Shown: positions 45,825-54,415 of the stretch, piece by piece
Layout: each line of letters starts with the position of its first letter
Numbering within the stretch: position 1 is the first letter of the stretch
From: Candidatus Tayloriibacteriota bacterium
Lineage (GTDB): Bacteria; Patescibacteriota; Minisyncoccia; Phycocordibacterales; UBA6065
DNA: 64,000 nucleotides
Assembly: GCA_016215405.1 (NCBI GenBank)
Contig: JACRJQ010000005.1
Location: forward strand, 75,560-139,559
Reading direction: 5' to 3'
Position numbers and translations under genes: made by a program
The notes under the pieces: generated by a model
Databases searched by the model: none
Told to the model about the DNA's origin: nothing
The model's input: only the letters and a program-made list of their open reading frames with translations

Positions 45825-48743
45825 ATGTCCCAATCCTTCGAAGAGCGCTATGCGAAGCTTAACAAAGCCCAACGAGAGGCCGTCGACTCTATCGAGGGCC
45901 CGGTCATGGTCATCGCCGGTCCCGGCACCGGAAAGACCACTATCCTAACGCTCCGCATCGCCAACATCCTCAAGCGCACCGATACGCCGCCTTCGGGGAT
46001 CCTCGCGATCACTTTTACCGAAGCGGGAGTGAAGGCGATGAGGATGAAGCTCCGCGAAGTCATAGGGCCGAAGGCGGACGAGGTGAGGATACATACCTTC
46101 CATGGATTCGCCGCCTCTCTCATCCACGAGTTCTCAGATCATTTTCCGCATGTCTCGGGCGCTCGACAGCTCTCCGATATCGAGGCTGAGGCCCTGGTGA
46201 GGGATATCCTGGCCGAAAAGAAGTACGCCAAGCTCCGTCCGTTCGGGAATCCCGACCTCTACGTGGGAGCGATACTGCGCGCGATCGGAGATTCGAAGAA
46301 GGAGGCGTGGACGCCCGCGATGATCCGCTCGTTCTCCAAAGAGGAGGCCGAAAAGGTAAGGTCCGACGAGTCGTCGCTCTCGACGCGCGGGGCGAGCAAG
46401 GGCAAGCTCAAGGCGGAGGCGGAGAAGCGGATAGAGAAGTGCGAGAGGACAGCGCTTTTCGCGGATGTATATGAGGCCTATGAAGAGGGGAAGAAGGCCG
46501 TGAAGGCGATCGATTTCGACGACCTCATCATCGAGGCGATCCTCGCGTTCGGCCGCGACGAGCTCTTGCTCCGGCTCGTCCAGGAGAGATTCCTCTACAT
46601 CCTCGTCGACGAGCATCAGGATACGAACGATTCTCAGAACCTCCTCGTCCGCCTTATCGCGAGCTTCTTCGAGAGCCCTAACCTTTTCGTGGTGGGTGAT
46701 GAGAAACAGGCCATCTATCGTTTTCAGGGAGCTTCCGTAGAGAACTTTCTCGCGCTTAAGGGGATTTGGAGAGATGTCCGCCTCATATCGCTTAAGGACA
46801 ATTACCGGTCCCATCAAGGCATCCTCGACGCGAGCTTCTCCCTCATCGAGAGGAACTATGGCGAGGGCGAGCATGCGGACCTACGGATAGAGCTCTCTTC
46901 GGGATCTAAGGAGGGGAGAAAGCCGGTCGAGGTCGTCATGGCGGGGAACACCGAGGCGCTCGAAGACAGGCTCGCCGAGGAGCTCTCTCGCATCTCCCAG
47001 AGAGACCCTCTCGCGTCCTCTGCCGTCATAGTAAGGACGAACAGAGACGTGGAGAGAGCGCTCTCTGCGCTCGATGCTCGCGGCATAAAGGCCTCCGCCG
47101 AACGCGGAGCGGACATATTCTCCCATCCTTTAGGGTCGATCTATTTCGACCTGGTCGAATATCTTGCGGACCCGTCGAAGCACGAGCTTCTCTCGAGGAC
47201 TCTCTCTGTCGGCCTTTGGAGGCTCGGCTTCGCGAAGTCCGCCGAGCTCATACGAGGGCTCAGGTCAGGCGATGTCGCTTCCGTGGAGAGGTCAATCCCT
47301 GGCCTCGCGCGGCTCCAAAAGGCGATATCCAAGGCGGGACCGATAGAGTACCTCGTCGATGCCGCCCGCGAGTCGGGATTCGCAGAGCTCTCGGCGCGCG
47401 ACCCGCTCTCTGCCGAGATATGGAGAGGGATCGTCGCCCTTGCTCAGGATATCGCGAGGAAAGGGTCGATCTCCGACCCGCGGGCGGTAATCGAAGCGCT
47501 CCTCTCATATCGCGCGACCGCGGAGAGCAAGAGCGTGAAAGTCTCTGCCGGCAGGTCCGATTCGAAGGTCTCCATCATGACCGCTCACGGATCGAAAGGG
47601 CTCGAATACGATAACGTCTTCATGCCATATGCGACGGAAGAGTCATGGATGCCTCGGGGAAGGTCGTCCTATTTCATATTGCCGCGTGAGAAAGGGGAGG
47701 GCGACGAGATTCGCGACGCGCGAAGGCTCTTTTATGTCGCCATGACGAGGGCGCGCTCCCGCCTCCTCATACTGGCGGATCTCTCCGATGGAGTCGGCAG
47801 GGACCTCACCCCGTCACGATTCATCGGGGAGATCGACCCTTCTGCGGTCTCCGTCTCCGAGGTCCCGCCCAAAAAGGGGGCGCCGAAAGCGGCGAAGAGG
47901 GACGCGGGCGCCGAGGCGTCCGAGCTCGTCGAATACGCGAAGCGGTCGATACTCGAAAAGGGCATCTCCGTGACCGCTTTGAACCATTTCGCTGCGTGCC
48001 CCAACAGATTTTTCTATCGGAGCGTGCTGAGGGTGCCGGAAGCGCCGTCTCCGAGCTCCGAAAAGGGAAACGCGATGCACGAGGCGATGTCGAGGGTCTG
48101 GGCGCTCGCAGAGAAGGGCGAGAAGGCCATAGCCTCTGCCATCGAGGATTCGGTGCGCGAGTATTTTTCGAGGTCTCTCTTGCCTTCGTACGAGAAGGAC
48201 GCATTGGTCGACGAGCTCGTAGCCTCTGCTCCGAAGGTCGCGAAGGCGCTTTTTTCCCACGTATCGCAGCCAGGTACGCATCTGGCAGAGACCTGGATGG
48301 AGATCGCGTTTAGGGCCGAGGTCGAAGGTGACGCGGTCGAATGTCGTCTGCACGGCAAGCTCGACCTCGTCCTCGAGACCGACGATAAGGTATTCGTATT
48401 CGACTACAAGACGCGCGAGGCGATGTCGGAGGCGGCGATACGAGGAGAGACGAAATCGGACGACGGAGGATATTTCCGACAGCTCGCCTATTACAAGATG
48501 CTCGTAGAGGGGAATCCGAAGTACCGGGGCAAGGCGGTAGAGCCATCGCTCGTATTCATAAAGCCGGACGCGAAGGGAAGGTGTCCGATCGCGACCGTGC
48601 CGGTCTCGGCCGAAGACGTCGAGGGGGTGCGGGGCGAGGTTCTGGAGCTCCTTAAGGCCGTCTGGTCGGGCAAGGTCCCGGGAGGCAGGTGCGACGACCC
48701 AGACTGCGACGGTTGCCGCCTCTTTGAGGCTTCGAGGGCCTGA
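45825..48743 (+). CDS. UvrD/PcrA-family helicase fused to a C-terminal Cas4/AddB-like PD-(D/E)XK nuclease with a 4-Cys (Fe-S) motif
   Basis: Walker A VIAGPGTGKTT, helicase motifs (DEHQDTN, VVGDEKQAIYRFQGAS, TAHGSKGLEYDNVF). The C-terminal nuclease core reads KLDLVLETDDKVFVFDYKT, with cysteines at CPNRF...GRCDDPDCDGC. Confidence 0.85.
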   Translation: MSQSFEERYAKLNKAQREAVDSIEGPVMVIAGPGTGKTTILTLRIANILKRTDTPPSGILAITFTEAGVKAMRMKLREVIGPKADEVRIHTFHGFAASLIHEFSDHFPHVSGARQLSDIEAEALVRDILAEKKYAKLRPFGNPDLYVGAILRAIGDSKKEAWTPAMIRSFSKEEAEKVRSDESSLSTRGASKGKLKAEAEKRIEKCERTALFADVYEAYEEGKKAVKAIDFDDLIIEAILAFGRDELLLRLVQERFLYILVDEHQDTNDSQNLLVRLIASFFESPNLFVVGDEKQAIYRFQGASVENFLALKGIWRDVRLISLKDNYRSHQGILDASFSLIERNYGEGEHADLRIELSSGSKEGRKPVEVVMAGNTEALEDRLAEELSRISQRDPLASSAVIVRTNRDVERALSALDARGIKASAERGADIFSHPLGSIYFDLVEYLADPSKHELLSRTLSVGLWRLGFAKSAELIRGLRSGDVASVERSIPGLARLQKAISKAGPIEYLVDAARESGFAELSARDPLSAEIWRGIVALAQDIARKGSISDPRAVIEALLSYRATAESKSVKVSAGRSDSKVSIMTAHGSKGLEYDNVFMPYATEESWMPRGRSSYFILPREKGEGDEIRDARRLFYVAMTRARSRLLILADLSDGVGRDLTPSRFIGEIDPSAVSVSEVPPKKGAPKAAKRDAGAEASELVEYAKRSILEKGISVTALNHFAACPNRFFYRSVLRVPEAPSPSSEKGNAMHEAMSRVWALAEKGEKAIASAIEDSVREYFSRSLLPSYEKDALVDELVASAPKVAKALFSHVSQPGTHLAETWMEIAFRAEVEGDAVECRLHGKLDLVLETDDKVFVFDYKTREAMSEAAIRGETKSDDGGYFRQLAYYKMLVEGNPKYRGKAVEPSLVFIKPDAKGRCPIATVPVSAEDVEGVRGEVLELLKAVWSGKVPGGRCDDPDCDGCRLFEASRA

Positions 48744-48764
48744 GTAGCTCTCTTTGCGTCGTAA

Positions 48765-48796
48765 AAGAAAAAGCCCGCGCGAAGCGCGGGCTTTTT
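48765..48796. terminator. Bidirectional terminator between the helicase and the convergent DsbA-like gene
   Basis: aaaaagcccgcgc gaa gcgcgggcttttt. Confidence 0.85.
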
Positions 48797-48797
48797 C

Positions 48798-49490
48798 TTA
48801 GAGGTTCTTGAGTATCGTATCGATGATATTCTTCATGTCCTCGTAAGGGAGGGCGCCTTGGGTGATCGGTATCCTCTGGCTGTTCACGAAGAGTACGCTG
48901 TAGGGAGTGCCCTGGGCCCCTGCCGCCGTGACGTCGTCTTTATCCTTGAGTATCCTTGCCTTGTGCTTGCCGCTCGCGAGGCATTCGTTGAACCGAGCTT
49001 CGTCGATCCCAACTTCTTTTGCGAGCACCGGCAGCGTGGAGAGGTCGAGCCCGTCGTTCGAAGGCGTGGCGGCGAATATCTTGTCGAGGTACCTCCAGAA
49101 GGCGTCGTTCCCTCCGAGCTCGGCGGCGCACTCGGTCGCCTCGCCCTCCTTTACGGAGTTATTGTGGACCGGATAGTGCCTGAACGCCCATGCGAGCTGC
49201 GCCTTGCTTCCGTATTCCTTCATGAGGGCGCTTAGGGTCGAATGGAACTGCTTGCAGTAAGGGCATTCGATGTCGGAATACTCGACGAGGACTATGGCGG
49301 CGTTGGGGTTCCCGAGGACGTGGTCGTCTGGCCCTATCGGGTCGATCGAGGAGAGCGACGGCGCTTGGGCGGCAGGAGAGGGCTTTTGGATGGCTGTCCC
49401 TCGCCCTGACCAATAGAGCCCGAACGCTATGAGTACGCCCGCGATTATTATCGCGACGGGTATGGAGAGCGATTGTCGTTGTGGATTCAT
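48798..49490 (-). CDS. DsbA-family thiol:disulfide oxidoreductase (membrane-anchored)
   Basis: Thioredoxin CxxC motif CPYCKQFH and an N-terminal TM anchor. Confidence 0.8.
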   Translation of the reverse strand: MNPQRQSLSIPVAIIIAGVLIAFGLYWSGRGTAIQKPSPAAQAPSLSSIDPIGPDDHVLGNPNAAIVLVEYSDIECPYCKQFHSTLSALMKEYGSKAQLAWAFRHYPVHNNSVKEGEATECAAELGGNDAFWRYLDKIFAATPSNDGLDLSTLPVLAKEVGIDEARFNECLASGKHKARILKDKDDVTAAGAQGTPYSVLFVNSQRIPITQGALPYEDMKNIIDTILKNL

Positions 49491-49521
49491 TTTCTTTTGG
49501 CTATATGCGAATTATACACCC

Positions 49522-50097
49522 TTAGAAACCGAGGGTGAACGTCATGGCGTTCGCCTCTTTCTTTTCCCATTCCCTCGTGTCGAGCTTTATATCTTTGCTC
49601 GCTTGGCCGTCCTTGAACTTGAGCGTGCCCGTCTTCATGGCGTAGTCGTATATCTCTTTGGTGACCTTCACGTCGTCTTTGCAGTACTGGATTATCTTGT
49701 CCACCTCGCCGTTCTTCCACCAGGTGATGGCCTCGAGCCCATGGCCGGATTTGCCGTAGCCTAAGGTCGCTTGCGCTATGGAGTCGAGCTTTACCCGGAA
49801 TCCGAGCGATTTCTTCACCTCTTTGAGGAGGTCTAAGGATTTTATCTTCGTCAGGTCGCCCGGATAGTATTTGTCGAGGAGAGGTATGTCGAAATGGTCG
49901 CCGTTGAAGGTTATGAGCATGTCCGCGTTCTCGAGCATGGGCCAGAGCTTGCCGAGGTCCTCCTGCAGGAAGCTCTTGTATTCTCCTGTCGCGTATTCGT
50001 ATGTGCAGACGACGGCTATGTCGAGGTCTCGCGGATCGTTCGATCCCACGTCTTGGAAGAGGTTCCTTGTTTCGATGTCGAAGACGATTTTTTTCAT
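49522..50097 (-). CDS. DEDDy 3'-5' exonuclease, RNase H-like fold (COG3359-like, PolB-exo-related)
   Basis: Exo I FDIET, Exo II FNGDHFDIPLL and Exo III YCKDDV. Confidence 0.75.
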   Translation of the reverse strand: MKKIVFDIETRNLFQDVGSNDPRDLDIAVVCTYEYATGEYKSFLQEDLGKLWPMLENADMLITFNGDHFDIPLLDKYYPGDLTKIKSLDLLKEVKKSLGFRVKLDSIAQATLGYGKSGHGLEAITWWKNGEVDKIIQYCKDDVKVTKEIYDYAMKTGTLKFKDGQASKDIKLDTREWEKKEANAMTFTLGF

Positions 50098-50131
50098 GCG
50101 GCTTGGGAAATAAGCCTAGGCATTGTAGCAT

Positions 50132-50923
50132 ATGGGCATGTCTACAAGCCTTGACGGGATAAGGAGCGAAGTGATCAATCTATATAAAAGGCGGAGCGAG
50201 ACCCCTTTGCAGACCATAGAGAGGCACGTAAAATCGCATCCCGAGTATAAAGGGGTAAAGATGACGTATGCCGGAAGGCTCGACCCGATGGCCGAGGGCG
50301 TCCTTGTCGTGCTCTCGGGGGAGAAGAACAAGGAGAGGGAGGCTTATACCGGCCTTGATAAGGACTACGAGTTCGAATTCGCTTTCGGGGTGGAGACGGA
50401 CACGTTCGACGTCCTCGGCAAGATCGTCGCTACGAGCGACGCGGAGAGGATCGCCAAGGAGCGCGTAGACGCAGGCTTAAGGGCCTACCTGGGCGAATTC
50501 GAGCAGAAGTATCCTCCGTATTCTTCGAAAGTGGTAAACGGGACGCCGCTCTACGAGCTCTCGCGCAAAGGGCTTTTGCACGAGGAGGACATACCTTCTC
50601 ATAAGGTCTCCGTAAGGAAGATAGAGCTCCTCTCTTCGCGGACGATATCCAAAGACGACCTCGTCGAATTCATATATCGTACGGTAAGCGCGGTCTCGGG
50701 AGATTTCAGGCAGTCAGAGATCTTGAAGGCATGGAACATGTATTTCTCCGAAAGGGCGCCGGAGGAGACCGTCATATATAAGGCGCGGGTATCTTGCGGC
50801 AGCGGATTCTATGTCAGGCAGCTCGTAAGCGATCTAGGAAAGGCTCTGGGACCGGGAGCGGTTACCATCTCTATAGTGAGGACTCGGGTGGGGGAATACC
50901 GCATCGAGGATTCGATACGATAG
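50132..50923 (+). CDS. truB: tRNA pseudouridine synthase, TruB family (short)
   Basis: The catalytic motif region YAGRLDPMAEGVLVV (TruB GTLDPxAxGxL) and a downstream YEF...VETDTFDVLG segment. Confidence 0.7.
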   Translation: MGMSTSLDGIRSEVINLYKRRSETPLQTIERHVKSHPEYKGVKMTYAGRLDPMAEGVLVVLSGEKNKEREAYTGLDKDYEFEFAFGVETDTFDVLGKIVATSDAERIAKERVDAGLRAYLGEFEQKYPPYSSKVVNGTPLYELSRKGLLHEEDIPSHKVSVRKIELLSSRTISKDDLVEFIYRTVSAVSGDFRQSEILKAWNMYFSERAPEETVIYKARVSCGSGFYVRQLVSDLGKALGPGAVTISIVRTRVGEYRIEDSIR

Positions 50924-50930
50924 GACGTCG

Positions 50931-50969
50931 ATAAAGCCCCGTGCCGCGATGCGGCACGGGGCTTTATCC
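50931..50969. terminator. Long palindromic hairpin between truB and the convergent membrane-protein gene
   Basis: aaagccccgtgccgc gat gcggcacggggcttt. Confidence 0.7.
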
Positions 50970-50980
50970 GTCCGGGTGGC

Positions 50981-51439
50981 TTATATCCTACCTGTGAGGT
51001 TCGAGTCTTCGATGAAGCCCCTCATCACGTCTTGTCGGGCGGCGACCCGTGCCGATTCGTCGGACAGGATGATAAGGAAGAGGCTCCCTGCGATGATGAC
51101 GGCCGTCATGAGCCACTTGATATAGATCGCCCACTGCGGCGTGTGCCAGATCCTGTGGAGGACGAATATCGAATAGAAGGATATGAAGAACGGCAGGACG
51201 AGGGAGATGACGAAGGCCATGCCGGTGAAGAGATAGGAGATCCCCGTGAGGGCGGTGCCACCGAGGAGCGTATGGAACAAGAACTTTATGGCGAGGAGGA
51301 GATTGTCTACGTAGTAGAGCGTGAAATATCCGAATATGACAAGGTAAAAGATGGTGCCTACCGAGCGGAGCTCGGGCGCGAAATAGAAATGAAGGACATG
51401 CCTCATATAAGACTCCTTTTCCTTGGGTTTTTCCGGCAT
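50981..51439 (-). CDS. Hypothetical polytopic membrane protein
   Basis: Four TM helices. No homology recognised. Confidence 0.4.
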   Translation of the reverse strand: MPEKPKEKESYMRHVLHFYFAPELRSVGTIFYLVIFGYFTLYYVDNLLLAIKFLFHTLLGGTALTGISYLFTGMAFVISLVLPFFISFYSIFVLHRIWHTPQWAIYIKWLMTAVIIAGSLFLIILSDESARVAARQDVMRGFIEDSNLTGRI

Positions 51440-51602
51440 GGGTTACATATTCCCACTTTTTAGACATTTGTCAACATATCGATTGACTCGCATGGAAGTC
51501 TGTGTATAATTAACTCCGTCGTTAGTTTCTCGGTGGTGGAAGCGTAAAGTCTAAGCCATAGGGAAGGTCGGACGATAGTTAAAAGAAATAGCAAGTCGCA
51601 CA

Positions 51603-51902
51603 ATGGCAAAGAAACTTTACGTGGGAAACCTCCCTTACAGCACGACTTCTGAGAGCCTCCGAGCAGGCTTTGAGAAGGCTGGCGCTGTCCTCAAGGCAGA
51701 CGTTCTCATGGACAAGATGACCGGCCGCTCGCGAGGCTTCGGCTTCGTAGAGATGGAAGACGCGGACGCTGACAAGGCGATCGCGATGTTCGACGGCAAG
51801 GAATTCGAAGGACGCTCCGTTAAGGTTAACGAAGCTCGCCCACTCGAAGACAGGCCTCGCCGCTCGTTCGGTGATCGAAACGACAACCGCCGAAGCTTCT
51901 AA
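51603..51902 (+). CDS. RRM-type RNA-binding protein
   Basis: RNP-2 KLYVGNL and RNP-1 RGFGFVEM. 99 aa. Confidence 0.85.
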   Translation: MAKKLYVGNLPYSTTSESLRAGFEKAGAVLKADVLMDKMTGRSRGFGFVEMEDADADKAIAMFDGKEFEGRSVKVNEARPLEDRPRRSFGDRNDNRRSF

Positions 51903-51921
51903 AGCTTCTCGATAGTCGGAC

Positions 51922-51947
51922 AAAAGCCGCCCTTACGGGCGGCTTTT
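51922..51947 (+). terminator. Rho-independent terminator after the RRM gene
   Basis: aaaagccgccc ttac gggcggctttt. Confidence 0.8.
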
Positions 51948-51978
51948 GCTTCGAATGCCTGCTGCTATAATGAGGAGC

Positions 51979-52803
51979 ATGCGTATAAGGAAGTCTCTCG
52001 ACAAAGACGGATTTACCCTCATAGAGCTCCTGGTCGTCATATCGATAATCGCGCTCCTCTCAAGCGTCGTGCTTTCTAGCCTCAATTCCTCCCGCGCGAA
52101 AGCCCGTCTTGCCGCCGGAAAGCAGTTCGCTTCCCAGGCTGACAGGGTAGCAGGGGAGCTCGCCATAGTACTCTTCGATTTCGACTCTAGTCCGGCCGAT
52201 AAATCGAGCGTGAGCGGGACTTTAACATACAGCGGCAACACCGCCTATTCCGCGGACACTCCTTGGGCTTCCGGCAGCTCGCTTTTCTTCGACGGGTCGG
52301 GCGATTACGCCTTAAGCGCGAGCAACCTGCCCTTATCCGGAGACGCCGAATTCTCTATGTGCGCGTGGATCAAATGGAACGGGGCATGGTCTTCCGACTA
52401 TCCGTCCTTTATGGGAAATAACAGCACAGGCGCGGCGAATCAAGGGCTCTCGTTCACCGTCCGTGACGGGCGGCCTGCGGTCGACTTTTGGGTGAACAGG
52501 TTCAGGGCGACGTCTGCTATAACCGCCGACGAGTGGCACCATGTCTGCGGCACCAAATCGCCCGGCCTCATCGGCTCCGCTACGAAGCTATACGTGGACG
52601 GCGTCCAAGTCGCAGGCGCGGTCGAAGGGTCGAACGTCTCGCCTTCGATCGTTCTCGCTCCCGCTGTGATCGGACGCCTCGACGGCAGCCGCTACTTCAA
52701 CGGATGGGTAGACAGCGCCCATTTCTTCGCAAAGACGCTCGTGGCGTCAGAGGTCCGCGACCTTTATGCCGCAGAGGCCTCCGCGTTCATAGCAGGGATA
52801 TAG
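51979..52803 (+). CDS. Type IV pilin-like protein B1 (prepilin N-terminus plus LamG-like domain)
   Basis: Leader MRIRKSLDKDG|FTLIELLVVISIIALLSSVVLSSL. Start set to the Met giving a short class III leader. Confidence 0.75.
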   Translation: MRIRKSLDKDGFTLIELLVVISIIALLSSVVLSSLNSSRAKARLAAGKQFASQADRVAGELAIVLFDFDSSPADKSSVSGTLTYSGNTAYSADTPWASGSSLFFDGSGDYALSASNLPLSGDAEFSMCAWIKWNGAWSSDYPSFMGNNSTGAANQGLSFTVRDGRPAVDFWVNRFRATSAITADEWHHVCGTKSPGLIGSATKLYVDGVQVAGAVEGSNVSPSIVLAPAVIGRLDGSRYFNGWVDSAHFFAKTLVASEVRDLYAAEASAFIAGI

Positions 52804-52807
52804 ATAT

Positions 52808-53647
52808 ATGGATAACGCACGGAGCATACGGCACAAAGGATTCACGCTCATCGAGCTCCTCGTCGTGATATCGATCATATCGCTCCTCTCGAGCGTCGTA
52901 TTATCGAGCCTTAATGCGGCGAGAGAGAAGGGCAGGAGAGGCGCGATACGGCAGTTCTCGTCCACTCTCGATCACGCGCTCGGCGCGTCATATGCGGGCG
53001 TCTGGGATTTCGACGAGTGCTCGGGCCCTACGACCTCGGACAGGTCGGGTTCTGGCACTAGCGGGACCCTTATAGGAGGCCTCGCCTGGTCGGTAGACAC
53101 CGTCTCTGGAACGGGCTGCTCGCTCCTTTTCGACGGCGTAGACGACTGGCTCAACAACGTGGCTCAGCCGGTGTTTCCGACGACTCCTAACGTATTCACC
53201 GTCGCGTTCGCGATAAAGCCGGACAATCAATACGGGCATGTCATAACGCCTCAGTCTAACGGCGTAGATCAGTGGATAGAATACGATCAGAGCAGCCAAA
53301 GGATCGGCATGAGGGTGGCGCAGAGCGCGGATACGAACGAGAGGCTCAGGCCCTCTTCGACGGGATCCGTTCCGTACGGGAGATGGTCTCATGTCGCGAT
53401 CTCCGTTAACGATAAAGCCATAAAGATATATATAAACGGCAAGCTCGATGCCGAATACACGGAGACTATCGATATCGGAGCCTGGGCGGGCCTGTGGGCG
53501 GTAGGCCAAAGAGGCATCAGTACCAACTGGTTCAAGGGCAATCTCGACCAGCTTCGGATATACGCGACAGTCCTCGGCGCGTCAGAGATAGGTAAGCTCT
53601 ATGCGGCAGCAGTCGGTCGGTCAGAGAGGCTATCCGCCATAGAATGA
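52808..53647 (+). CDS. Type IV pilin-like protein B2 (prepilin N-terminus plus LamG-type domain)
   Basis: KGFTLIELLVVISIISLLSSVVLSSLNAAREKGR and WDFDECSGPTTSDRSGSGTSGTL. Confidence 0.8.
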   Translation: MDNARSIRHKGFTLIELLVVISIISLLSSVVLSSLNAAREKGRRGAIRQFSSTLDHALGASYAGVWDFDECSGPTTSDRSGSGTSGTLIGGLAWSVDTVSGTGCSLLFDGVDDWLNNVAQPVFPTTPNVFTVAFAIKPDNQYGHVITPQSNGVDQWIEYDQSSQRIGMRVAQSADTNERLRPSSTGSVPYGRWSHVAISVNDKAIKIYINGKLDAEYTETIDIGAWAGLWAVGQRGISTNWFKGNLDQLRIYATVLGASEIGKLYAAAVGRSERLSAIE

Positions 53648-54375
53648 GACATATGAGGCACAAAGGATTCACGCTCATCGAGCTTCTCGTCGTGATATCG
53701 ATCATATCGCTCCTCTCGAGCGTCGTGCTATCGAGCCTTAATGCGGCGAGAGAAAACGCGCGTCTGACGGCCGCTCGACAGTTCGCCGGGATGGTCGAAC
53801 GCTCCGTGGGCGATCAAGCCGCCGCGATATTCGGTTTCGGAGAGGGGTCGGGAGCGACAACGAGAGACAAATCGGGCTCGAATATCATGACCTTGAGCTC
53901 CTCGGGATTATGGGGCGCTTCTGGATTGAGCGGTCAGGCGTACGCGCTATCGTTCAACGGCACGAGCGATTACGCGAGCTCTCAAGCGACGACTATGAAC
54001 GGCGCGAGCGAGACCGTGGGTATCTGGATAAGGACGACCGGCACGACGGGCGCGATGGCGGCGGGACAGGACTGGTGGAGGAGGCTTTTTACCGACAGAT
54101 GGAACATCATCGATTCTGCGAATAATTACGCTCAGATCTACTTTCCGGCGCCGATAAACGACGGTAAATGGCATTACACCGCGTACAGTCTCTCGGGAAA
54201 CTCCGTGAGGGTATATCTCGACGGCAAACAGGTCGGGTCGGCGACCTTGCCGGCGGCGATGGCTCCATATACGGGCAACTGGCAGATCGGCGGCCAGATG
54301 TGCGCGGGCACGTGTTCGAATTTCCTCCAGGCCTCTTATGGAGGGCTCCATGTCTATAACGCGAGCCTCTTTTAG
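53644..54375 (+). CDS. Type IV pilin-like protein B3 (prepilin N-terminus plus LamG-like domain)
   Basis: MRHMRHKGFTLIELLVVISIISLLSSVVLSSLNAAREN. The start overlaps the B2 stop (ATGA). Confidence 0.8.
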   Translation: MRHMRHKGFTLIELLVVISIISLLSSVVLSSLNAARENARLTAARQFAGMVERSVGDQAAAIFGFGEGSGATTRDKSGSNIMTLSSSGLWGASGLSGQAYALSFNGTSDYASSQATTMNGASETVGIWIRTTGTTGAMAAGQDWWRRLFTDRWNIIDSANNYAQIYFPAPINDGKWHYTAYSLSGNSVRVYLDGKQVGSATLPAAMAPYTGNWQIGGQMCAGTCSNFLQASYGGLHVYNASLF

Positions 54376-54386
54376 GCGGATGCATC

Positions 54387-54411
54387 GAAAAGCCGCCCTC
54401 GGGCGGCTTTT
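54387..54411. terminator. Bidirectional terminator between pilin B3 and convergent typA
   Basis: aaaagccgccc tcg ggcggctttt. Confidence 0.85.
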
Positions 54412-54415
54412 CGCA

